Under the pieces are notes generated by a model. It had not been told where the DNA came from and did no database searches. It saw nothing but the letters and a program-made list of their open reading frames with translations. DNA of 36,367 nucleotides from a virus. Taxonomy: Duplodnaviria > Caudoviricetes. The translations under genes and the position numbers were made by a program. Location of the stretch: positions 1 to 36,367 of the IMG/VR virus record IMGVR_UViG_3300038334_000116; one strand, 5' to 3'. Positions 18,091-26,384 of the stretch are shown in pieces (positions within the stretch are counted from its first letter, which is position 1; the number at the start of each line of letters is the position of its first letter).

Positions 18091-18121
18091 CTGGGAACAT
18101 GTACTTGTTACGTGTCCCCAG
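18091..18121 (+). repeat. CTGGGGACATGTAC..TACGTGTCCCCAG hairpin repeat, copy 1
   Basis: near-identical copies at 26309-26339 and 27651-27702. Confidence 0.85.
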
Positions 18122-18152
18122 GCAGACCAAACCTTTTTAAGGAGGAAACAAT

Positions 18153-19136
18153 ATGGATCCAAACGTAAAAGACCTGCTGGTCTCCGGACCGTTGCAGAAC
18201 ATATCCATCGCGTTCAAAAATGAAGATTATATAGCCGACCGCGTCTTCCCGATTCTGGATGGCGCCGATCCGAAGGCAAAGATCACCGTCTATAACAAAG
18301 CGGATTGGTTCCGGGATGAAGCCGGGATTCGCGCCGCCGGTACTCGTGCCAACCGTGGCGGATATAAGATCGACGAAGTATCCGTCGCCACGAAAGAATA
18401 TGCCTTCGCCAAAGAAGTCACCGACGAAGACCGCCGTTTTTCCAAGCTGAAAAACGCGCCGCCTCTTAAACCGGATGAGGACGCCATCGCCTTTGCGTCG
18501 GATAAGACCGACCTCAAGAAGGAAATCCGTGTTGGGTCACTCATTACGGCTGGAACGTGGGTGGACGGCGCGGTCGGCGGAGAGGATGCCGAAGGACTGT
18601 GGTCGCCGGCAGGCGCCACAAATACCTTTTTGGCCGATATTACGAAAGGCAAAAAGGCCATTAAATCCAGCACCGGCAAAAGAGCTAATGTGCTCGTGAT
18701 CGACGATGCCACCTATATGGCGCTGGCGGAATGTGAAGCCATCCTGGACAAAATCAAATACACCCAGCGCGGCGTAATGACCAAAGAACTGCTGGCCGCA
18801 ATGTTGGAACTGGACGAAGTCCTGGTCGGCAGAGCTATCAAAAACACTGCCAAAGAAACCAAGACCGGCACCGAATTCACCGGTGTCAATATCTGGGAAG
18901 TAAATTCCGGCAAAGGCATGGGGTTCCTCTTTCATCGTCCCAAAACGCTCGGCCTGAAAGTCGCTACGGCGGGCTTGCAGGTGCGTGTTGCTTACGACGA
19001 CGGCCAGCCCAGACGCGTAACCACCTGGCGGGAACCGGCTGAACATCAGGATGTTTATGAAGTGGCGGAAGAGACGGATATCGTGCAGGTGCACGCCGCT
19101 CTCGGCTACCTTTTCAAAGACACCTACGCTACATAA
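18153..19136 (+). CDS. major capsid protein
   Basis: 327 aa, AAGGAGG RBS, LQNISIAFKN..YIADRVFP N-terminus, GYLFKD C-terminus; synteny. Confidence 0.88.
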   Translation: MDPNVKDLLVSGPLQNISIAFKNEDYIADRVFPILDGADPKAKITVYNKADWFRDEAGIRAAGTRANRGGYKIDEVSVATKEYAFAKEVTDEDRRFSKLKNAPPLKPDEDAIAFASDKTDLKKEIRVGSLITAGTWVDGAVGGEDAEGLWSPAGATNTFLADITKGKKAIKSSTGKRANVLVIDDATYMALAECEAILDKIKYTQRGVMTKELLAAMLELDEVLVGRAIKNTAKETKTGTEFTGVNIWEVNSGKGMGFLFHRPKTLGLKVATAGLQVRVAYDDGQPRRVTTWREPAEHQDVYEVAEETDIVQVHAALGYLFKDTYAT

Positions 19137-19144
19137 AGGTAAAG

Positions 19145-19169
19145 GCCTGCCGTGGTATGCACGGCAGGC
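19145..19169 (+). other. perfect 10-bp hairpin downstream of the major capsid gene
   Basis: GCCTGCCGTG-GTATG-CACGGCAGGC; no U tract. Confidence 0.55.
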
Positions 19170-19196
19170 ATACCAATCTGCAAAAGGAGAAAACTT

Positions 19197-19379
19197 ATGG
19201 CTTCGAAAGAAGAGGCAAGAAAAAATAAAAAGGCGGCCCGGATGCTGGAAAAATCAATGAGAATGCCTTTAAACGACATCATTGTTGAAGTCCAGGACGG
19301 CGCAATTGATATTAAAGACCTGTTCACGCGTATTGAAGAAAGAGTGAACGAAAAACGTAAGGAGGCACGCAATGGCTAA
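19197..19379 (+). CDS. small charged hypothetical protein
   Basis: AAGGAG RBS before ATG 19197. Confidence 0.6.
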   Translation: MASKEEARKNKKAARMLEKSMRMPLNDIIVEVQDGAIDIKDLFTRIEERVNEKRKEARNG

Positions 19380-19758
19380 ATTGGTTGCGGATGCCGTATT
19401 GGATGCGGCATTGCAGTATCTGGAAGACAATGTGGATTGGATATCGGTATGTGAAGGCGCACCGACTACCTATGAGCATGCTCATTCCAACAAGGGTACC
19501 GGCGCTGGTAAAGCGCTGGCGCACAGTGCAACCCCGACATTTACCGGCCCCGCCGATGACACATCGGGCAGGAAAACAACCGTCGACGAAGAAGCGGCCA
19601 ATACGATTGACGTGTCCGGCACTGCTGACCATATAGCACTGTGCGACATATCGGCGTCAGCCCTACTCTATGTGACGACTTGCACGTCCCAGGCATTGAC
19701 GGCAGGCAATACAGTGACGATCCCGGCGTGGAAAATCAGCATAGCCGATCCTACATAG
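19372..19758 (+). CDS. small beta-rich virion appendage/fibre subunit (putative)
   Basis: AAGGAGG RBS; SGTADHIAL and LTAGNTVTIPAWKISIADPT pattern. Confidence 0.6.
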   Translation: MAKLVADAVLDAALQYLEDNVDWISVCEGAPTTYEHAHSNKGTGAGKALAHSATPTFTGPADDTSGRKTTVDEEAANTIDVSGTADHIALCDISASALLYVTTCTSQALTAGNTVTIPAWKISIADPT

Positions 19759-19860
19759 GGTGTGGAAAATGCTAATTGTCATAGCGGCAATATGTGCGGC
19801 TTTTGTATTTATGATGTGGTGCATATGCCGCACCGGGGCTGATTAAAAAGAGGTATCACA

Positions 19861-20709
19861 ATGAAAAAAGTATCAATTTTAGCGGCATTAATTCTGGCGG
19901 TGTTTCTGTCGGTGGCGCCGCCAGTAATGGGGGCGGATAAGGCCATTAGCGGCTTGACCGAGGCGACATCTATTGCCGACGCCGATCTGCTGATGATCAG
20001 TTATTATTCCGGAGGATCGTTCTACAGCCGGAAGATTACCTTTGCCAACTTCAAAAACTCGTTTGCGGGCGAGGATGGTACCCATTACGCCAATATCTAC
20101 AATACCACGGCGCACAGGATATCCCCGAATAAGGGCGACCAGGACATTATGGGAGCGACGCCACATGGATACTTCTATGACGGGTCCACTTGGCAGCAGT
20201 TCTGCGATACGTCCAGCGTATGCAGCGGATACCAGGCAAGCCTTACTAAGGCCACCTATGGTGATATGAACACCGGATCGAATGATACCTTTTATTTGAC
20301 GCCAGCAGCCATAAGACAATCCTATGTAGCGAAGAAGCATATTTACTGGACGGTATTTGATAGTGATACTGATACCGCAACAGGGGATGGCAAGAAAGGG
20401 TATGCTATCCCTGCGAGCATGAACGGGATGAACCTTGCGGACTTTACATGCTCAGTTTACAATCTGAATAGCGCATCCGGAGGAACAACAACGGTAGTGT
20501 TACGGCGCTCAAGAGCCGGGACTGATCAGAATATGACTAGCACCGGCGTGACGATCAGTTATAACGAATACACCGCGTCAGATGAAACAATAAACACTAG
20601 TTATGATGACGTAGCAACCGGTGATTTAATATTCGTAGATGTTGATGCAGTTACCACCGGGGCTGTTCAAAAAGGCCTATCATGCACAGCAACGTTCACG
20701 CTTCCATAG
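19861..20709 (+). CDS. signal-peptide-bearing fibre-like protein
   Basis: MKK + hydrophobic core + VMG/A cleavage site; then ADKAISGLTEAT...RKITFANF. Confidence 0.7.
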   Translation: MKKVSILAALILAVFLSVAPPVMGADKAISGLTEATSIADADLLMISYYSGGSFYSRKITFANFKNSFAGEDGTHYANIYNTTAHRISPNKGDQDIMGATPHGYFYDGSTWQQFCDTSSVCSGYQASLTKATYGDMNTGSNDTFYLTPAAIRQSYVAKKHIYWTVFDSDTDTATGDGKKGYAIPASMNGMNLADFTCSVYNLNSASGGTTTVVLRRSRAGTDQNMTSTGVTISYNEYTASDETINTSYDDVATGDLIFVDVDAVTTGAVQKGLSCTATFTLP

Positions 20710-20716
20710 GGACTAT

Positions 20717-22174
20717 ATGAAGAAGATAATCATTGCAATAGCTTTTATCTTGTTGATGGCGTCAAACTCAGGCGCATGGGTGTTTTATGAAACATCAGCT
20801 ACGACGTATCTGACGAATTCTGAAAACGAAACGGCCTTGAATGACTTATGTACGGCCAATTCAACGTGGGAATGCAAGACAGGAGCGAATAAGATAGGGA
20901 CATCTTATGGAAGCAAGAACATTAACGCGGTGATAGTCAATCCGACAGGGTATTATGAAACATTCCTGATGGACGCTGGAACGCACGGATATGAAATCTC
21001 CGGGCAGAAAGCGGCACTTGACTTCCTGAATTACCTATCCGCGAACCCGTCGCTTTACACAAAGATAAGATGGATTGTGGTGCCTAAGATTAATCCTGAC
21101 GCTTCTGATGGGCAAAAGATATGGAATAATCACGGCGTTAACATTAACCGGAATTTTTCAGCAGGGTGGGGAGAAATACCATCAAACGGGGTATATACAG
21201 CGGGAAGCGCAACGCCGGGTACGAGCACCTATATGGGTGCATCTGCTGGAAGCGAACCGGAAACGCAAGTCATGATGGGATTGCTCAGCACTTATCTGCC
21301 TGAACGTCATCTCAATCAACACTCAAATATGAATTCCATTGGAGTGATGCCGAATGTTTCTAACTGGATATTTACGACAGTCAATGCATTATATTCAGCA
21401 AACGGCCTTTCGCAAATATTGCATTATTATGAGTGTACTGCCTTCGGGACGTACTATGATTATTCTTACGCGTTCGGGACGATTGAACCATATATTTGGG
21501 AAGATAACGGGTTTATATACAGCAATAGTCAAGCGAAACAGCAAGAGCAAACTGATAAGTGGATTGGCTTCATAAAGGCGTGGGTAGATAAAAGGAGATA
21601 TTATAATTCTGGAGCAATACGCGTTACAGCTTCGTCAGCGACCAATATAGGGGACACTACATATTCAGCCGGGGTATTATCTTCTATCGGCCTCACGCAG
21701 ACCGCCGGGAGTCAGAACCTAGAAATAACTGGGTATAAAGGTGCGTTTGCCGGGGCAACAAGTACGGTGATTGATTACGCCGCCTCAACATCTACGGTAT
21801 CTTTACGGCAAGGTCCCGACAAAGTGATCGGGGTTCCGATGGAAATAAACGCAACTTCGGGCTCCCTTACCATAGCGGTGATTGATTGGGGGGATAGAAA
21901 AAAATGGTCTGAATCTAGTTCTTCGGCTCCTTCAAATCCGGTACACATAATAAGTGGCTTTACGGCGGGACAGGCGTACAAGGTCAGCGTTTCCGGAGCA
22001 GAGCAATCCACAATCACAGGGGCGGGGTGTTCAATCAGCAACGGGTATAATTACTGTACCGCTGATGCTGACGGTAAAATAACATTCACATATGCCGGGT
22101 CATATTCATCCCATGACTTTCAAATAGGCGACGCGCCGATGGCGAAGGCAAGTTTCGTCGGGACAATGCAATAA
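20717..22174 (+). CDS. secreted M14-family zinc carboxypeptidase with beta-rich C-terminal domains
   Basis: signal peptide MKKIIIAIAFILLMASNSGA; HGYE (HxxE), PKINPD, NINRNF, SEPETQ, LNQHS. Confidence 0.8.
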   Translation: MKKIIIAIAFILLMASNSGAWVFYETSATTYLTNSENETALNDLCTANSTWECKTGANKIGTSYGSKNINAVIVNPTGYYETFLMDAGTHGYEISGQKAALDFLNYLSANPSLYTKIRWIVVPKINPDASDGQKIWNNHGVNINRNFSAGWGEIPSNGVYTAGSATPGTSTYMGASAGSEPETQVMMGLLSTYLPERHLNQHSNMNSIGVMPNVSNWIFTTVNALYSANGLSQILHYYECTAFGTYYDYSYAFGTIEPYIWEDNGFIYSNSQAKQQEQTDKWIGFIKAWVDKRRYYNSGAIRVTASSATNIGDTTYSAGVLSSIGLTQTAGSQNLEITGYKGAFAGATSTVIDYAASTSTVSLRQGPDKVIGVPMEINATSGSLTIAVIDWGDRKKWSESSSSAPSNPVHIISGFTAGQAYKVSVSGAEQSTITGAGCSISNGYNYCTADADGKITFTYAGSYSSHDFQIGDAPMAKASFVGTMQ

Positions 22175-22192
22175 CTCTCTCGGAGGTACAAA

Positions 22193-22861
22193 ATGGCAAT
22201 CGATACCATAGAAGTTCTTGACAATTTACAGTTTGCCCAGGATGCCAACTCGGAAATCTGGGCGGTCCATGCCGACGGATATTTAGGCGAGGCCGTTGAG
22301 CAGTTTGCGGTGAGTCTCCCGGCGGCTTGTGCGGCGGCGCGGGTAGTATTCAATAACAATGGAGCGACCGGTTCGCAGGTTCATGGCAGAGTCCGAGTTA
22401 CTGAAGTAACTGGTTTCACTGCCAGCACAGTCACAAAAGTGCAGAATGTGCAAGCTCTGGAATGGACGGCAATACCCTTGGTCGTTATAGCGACTACCCC
22501 ACAGACAGGAATCGTCGAAAGTGCTGAAATCGACCTGACCAATGTCTTCGAGGCTGTCGTCCATATAGATATCGCACTAACCGGTCCGACGGCGCATTTG
22601 GGTACAGAAATCATCGTCCAGATCAGGAAAGAGGCCACGGTCGATGAGTGGACGACGCTGACAAGATTCACCGCCCTCGGTGGGAAAACCGCATTCCACA
22701 TGCATCCGAACGGAAATATCAATGCCGGGCAGAAAGTAATCGGCGTTGACAATCCTACTGCAGGCAATTTGAACCACGTAGGCAAGCATCTGTTTATTTT
22801 AAATACGACCGTCGCCAATAGCGAGATCGTTTATCAGACATTCTGCGGAGCCGATGCCTAA
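22193..22861 (+). CDS. beta-rich hypothetical virion protein
   Basis: GGAGG RBS; coupled to the LamG gene. Confidence 0.65.
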   Translation: MAIDTIEVLDNLQFAQDANSEIWAVHADGYLGEAVEQFAVSLPAACAAARVVFNNNGATGSQVHGRVRVTEVTGFTASTVTKVQNVQALEWTAIPLVVIATTPQTGIVESAEIDLTNVFEAVVHIDIALTGPTAHLGTEIIVQIRKEATVDEWTTLTRFTALGGKTAFHMHPNGNINAGQKVIGVDNPTAGNLNHVGKHLFILNTTVANSEIVYQTFCGADA

Positions 22862-24591
22862 TGAGCAGATGGTTGCAAAAACCGCCTCTTGGCGCTCAGA
22901 TTGATTTCCAACATCCTCTAGCAAAAGGATTGGCCGGGTGCTGGATAATGAGCGAAGCCAATGGACTTTACGTTAATGATTTGTCTGGCAATGGGAATCA
23001 CGGAGTCATCTCGGCTAACTCGGCTTTTAAAGCCGGGCAGAAGGGGTACGGCGTCAGCTTCGATGCTACAGCAGGGATGATCAACTGCGGAAAGCGGCCT
23101 TCGTTAAATGATTTATGGCTGAATAAACCAGCGACATTGATCTATAGCATCCGCAAAGACGGTACTGGGCAAAATAATATGGGGTATCTCGTAAGTAAAT
23201 GCTCCAGTACGGCCAGCCCCGGCTGGAGAGGGTTTGATACGGCGACGACTCCTCACGCTCTGAGTTATGGCTGGTCAGCCGTAGGGTCTACTTTGCCCCA
23301 AGTTACATCTCCTGCGAATTCATTATTAGCAGGGCATCATGGAATAGGTGTGGTGCTCAGAAACACGACAGATATAACCTGCTTTGACCTTTATATTGAC
23401 GGAATAAATCAGGCAAAAACTTTCGGAAGTGGCGGGGGTACTCATTACTCGGATGCGACTGAAGATTTGACGATAGGTAACAGACCACCGGCCAACGCAA
23501 GAACTTTTAACGGGCTAATTTATCATGTCTATTACTTTGCCAGAGAGTTATCGCCTCAAGAAATCCAGCAACTCTATATTGATCCTTACTGCTTTATCCA
23601 GGAGCGTCGTAAATACTGGCTATATCCGCAAGCGGACGAATCAACCTCATTAACAGTTGCGGACTCTGCTCACTCGCATACGTCAGGAGATCCCGTATTG
23701 ACGCAAGCGCAAGCTCTTGCTGCTGATCATTCTGCCCATGCCCTGGCCTCGGATAACGTTTCTCTATCCGGGGCGGTAACATTAATTGTTTCCGATAGTG
23801 CCCATGTTTCATCGTCCGAAAGTCCCGCTTTGGTGCAGCAGCATACCTTGGCCATTGCGGATGGCACTCATGCCCTGGTCTCCGACAATCCCTCTCTTCC
23901 GGGAGCGATTTCTCTTAGTGTATTTGATGGAAATCATGTTCATAGTTGCTCCGGCGGTGCGATTTATCTGATGGATGAACAGGGCGAGTATATCCTGACG
24001 GAAGAAGGCGAAAAGATCATCATTTCTGAGAACGATATTGTTTTGTCGGAATCACCGGCGGCCGGAGAGCTTGAGGTCAGCAATGGTGCCCATGCCTTGA
24101 GTTCAGGAGAACCGGCCCTCACGGAACATAAAACGCTGGAAATATCAGATTCTGGTCATGTCCTGACCTCCGGGGAGCCGACTCTTGTAGAGCATAAAAC
24201 ACTGGTGATTTCCGACGCCATCCATGCTTTGAGTTCGGATGAGCTATCTCTTGTTATAGCAGGGCAACTGGCGGTACAAAACGCCTCTCAGTCCCTGATA
24301 TCCGACGCTCCGGCTATAGTGCAGAATCAAGCGATTTCCGTCGACGCTGCCGGTCATGCAGTAATAAGTGATGCCCCGTCGTTAATTCAAGCCTACATCC
24401 TGGCCATTCAGGATTCGGCGCATCTTGTCGGATCGGACGGAGTTGTGCTCACGCAAACCCACTATCTGGACCTGGCCAATGCCTTGCATGGAGTGTCGTC
24501 GGACAACATTGTGTTATTCCGGCAAATATATAAGCGGCTGATTATAGAGTTCAATGCCAAACACGGAAATATTACAATCAATGGGGTCTGA
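22861..24591 (+). CDS. LamG/ConA-like domain protein with C-terminal 22-aa His repeats
   Basis: DLSGNGNHG, LYIDG, LTIG, FNGLI...RELSPQEIQQLY; about 12 repeats LxxxDxxHxxxSDxxxL. Confidence 0.8.
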   Translation: MSRWLQKPPLGAQIDFQHPLAKGLAGCWIMSEANGLYVNDLSGNGNHGVISANSAFKAGQKGYGVSFDATAGMINCGKRPSLNDLWLNKPATLIYSIRKDGTGQNNMGYLVSKCSSTASPGWRGFDTATTPHALSYGWSAVGSTLPQVTSPANSLLAGHHGIGVVLRNTTDITCFDLYIDGINQAKTFGSGGGTHYSDATEDLTIGNRPPANARTFNGLIYHVYYFARELSPQEIQQLYIDPYCFIQERRKYWLYPQADESTSLTVADSAHSHTSGDPVLTQAQALAADHSAHALASDNVSLSGAVTLIVSDSAHVSSSESPALVQQHTLAIADGTHALVSDNPSLPGAISLSVFDGNHVHSCSGGAIYLMDEQGEYILTEEGEKIIISENDIVLSESPAAGELEVSNGAHALSSGEPALTEHKTLEISDSGHVLTSGEPTLVEHKTLVISDAIHALSSDELSLVIAGQLAVQNASQSLISDAPAIVQNQAISVDAAGHAVISDAPSLIQAYILAIQDSAHLVGSDGVVLTQTHYLDLANALHGVSSDNIVLFRQIYKRLIIEFNAKHGNITINGV

Positions 24592-24592
24592 A

Positions 24593-24913
24593 ATGAATGT
24601 CGTTAACGAGGAAACAACATTAACGCTGCAGTGCACATTTGCTGACGGAACCGGTGCGGCGGTTATTCCTTCTGCCGGGCTTTACCGGCTCGACGATGTG
24701 TCCTCGGACACGCAGATTGTCGATTGGACGGCGTTTACACCGTCTGCCGCCACACATGATCTGACCATTACCGATGCGCAAAATGCCATCCTGGACAGCA
24801 CGCGGGCGGTGGAGAAAAAAAGGCTGACGGTAAGCATTACTTTTGGCACCGACAATAAAAAAGCCACGGCGGAATATGTATACGCCGTCCGGAACCTGAG
24901 TAAAATAACTTAG
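24593..24913 (+). CDS. hypothetical virion adaptor protein
   Basis: ATG 1 nt after upstream stop; beta-rich 106 aa. Confidence 0.6.
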   Translation: MNVVNEETTLTLQCTFADGTGAAVIPSAGLYRLDDVSSDTQIVDWTAFTPSAATHDLTITDAQNAILDSTRAVEKKRLTVSITFGTDNKKATAEYVYAVRNLSKIT

Positions 24914-24927
24914 GGATAATTAGCAAA

Positions 24928-25389
24928 ATGACCGATAAACATATTATTGTTGGATTTTCGACTGACAAGCAGGACTTCATTTCTAAAGTGATCCGACTGC
25001 TGACGTGGAGCCGATTTTCTCATGTCGTACTGATTAGCCCTGATAAAAAGTCTTACATCGAATCAACTCATGGTGCTGGTGTCCGAGAACTGCCGATAGA
25101 GGCTTTTTTAAAAAAAGATGGAGTGGAGTTCGGAACTATCTATCATCCTGACCCCGACAAAGTATGGCAACTGGCAAAACAAGAAATCGGCAAGCCCTAT
25201 GATTCGCTTTATATCTACGGTTGGCTATGCCGCCGCAACTGGCAAGACGATGCTTCGTGGGCATGTTGTGAGTTGGTGCCGGCAATGGCGGTGCGGGCCG
25301 GGCACCCCATCATCAGGGAAGATTGTTTTATCAAGATAACGCCGGAATTACTGTATCAAACATCTACACCATATGAGGGGATACAATGA
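24928..25389 (+). CDS. permuted papain-like NlpC/P60 (YiiX/YebB-like) enzyme
   Basis: SRFSHVVL (His) before GKPYD and WACCELV (Cys), ITPELL. Confidence 0.78.
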   Translation: MTDKHIIVGFSTDKQDFISKVIRLLTWSRFSHVVLISPDKKSYIESTHGAGVRELPIEAFLKKDGVEFGTIYHPDPDKVWQLAKQEIGKPYDSLYIYGWLCRRNWQDDASWACCELVPAMAVRAGHPIIREDCFIKITPELLYQTSTPYEGIQ

Positions 25390-25841
25390 GCTATTGCACC
25401 CTGGAAGATTTAAAAAGTGCGATCCCGGAAGACGAGCTGGTTCAGCTAACCGACGACGTCAATACCGGGGATATAGATACTTACGTTGTGTCAAGGGCCA
25501 TCGCCGACGCTGATGCGGAGATAGATTCCTATTGCGGCAGCCGCTATACCATGCCGTTTTCGCCGGTACCGGTCATCATCCGTAAGCTCTCCGTGGACAT
25601 GGCGGTTTATAATCTGTTCACCAGGCGATCGGTTTTAAAAATCCCGGAGGACCGCCAGAAGCGTTATGACAACGCCATCCGCTTTTTAAAGGATGTGGCC
25701 AGGGAGCTGATTTCCCTGGGAGCAGATGCCCCGGCAGAACCCGCAGACGGAAGTCCCCAGGCAACGCGGACAAAAGACGATCGCATATTTACTCTGGGCA
25801 AAAAATCCGACGGCAGCGCCGGAACTTTGGATAATTATTGA
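25386..25841 (+). CDS. head-tail adaptor (Mu gp36 / DUF1320)
   Basis: MSYCTLEDL, AIADADAEIDSY, RYDNAIRFLKDVA. Confidence 0.9.
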   Translation: MSYCTLEDLKSAIPEDELVQLTDDVNTGDIDTYVVSRAIADADAEIDSYCGSRYTMPFSPVPVIIRKLSVDMAVYNLFTRRSVLKIPEDRQKRYDNAIRFLKDVARELISLGADAPAEPADGSPQATRTKDDRIFTLGKKSDGSAGTLDNY

Positions 25842-25858
25842 TACCCTGGAGGGTACAC

Positions 25859-26296
25859 ATGATCGAGACGATACAAGACGATATTATTGCGCAATTGGCG
25901 AAAATCTCCGGGATAAAGAGTGTAGGCACCTGGCAGGGCGATATTGATGATTTGCTCAAGTCGCCTCAACTACTGCCAGCGCTGGCAATAATTTACCAGG
26001 GCGCAGATTTCGAGAAGAGAGCAGTCATTGGTATAAACAAGGCGGATCTCCAGATGAGTTTTCTGATCGTGTTGGTATCGCGCAATTTCAGGAGCCGAGA
26101 GGCCGGAGCGTCATCCGCATATACGATTATCGAGGCCAGCAGGAATTATCTTATCGGCCATAAGATCGCAGCTTACGGGTATCTCTGGCCTGTGAAAGAG
26201 GAGCTGCTGTCCGCAGAGGGAGGCTTTTTAGTTTACGGGCTCAGCTATCGGATAAGCACAGATATAATTGCGACGGAACCGCTGCCCGCGGGGTAA
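25859..26296 (+). CDS. tail terminator (Mu gp37 / DUF1834-like)
   Basis: GGAGG RBS; IQDDIIAQL, LPALAIIYQG, IVLVSRNFR; follows gp36. Confidence 0.75.
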   Translation: MIETIQDDIIAQLAKISGIKSVGTWQGDIDDLLKSPQLLPALAIIYQGADFEKRAVIGINKADLQMSFLIVLVSRNFRSREAGASSAYTIIEASRNYLIGHKIAAYGYLWPVKEELLSAEGGFLVYGLSYRISTDIIATEPLPAG

Positions 26297-26308
26297 TAGT
26301 AGGGGGCG

Positions 26309-26339
26309 CTGGGGACATGTACTAGTTACGTGTCCCCAG
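26309..26339 (+). repeat. CTGGGGACATGTAC..TACGTGTCCCCAG hairpin repeat, copy 2
   Basis: CTGGGGACATGTACTAGTTACGTGTCCCCAG. Confidence 0.85.
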
Positions 26340-26384
26340 ACAGCAAGAAAGCTAAAATAACGACTTCAAAAGGAGAAAATAATT

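Noticed and set aside
19769-19846. 25-aa hydrophobic ORF MLIVIAAICAAFVFMMWCICRTGAD
   Set aside because: Very short with weak RBS; fills the gap but cannot be supported
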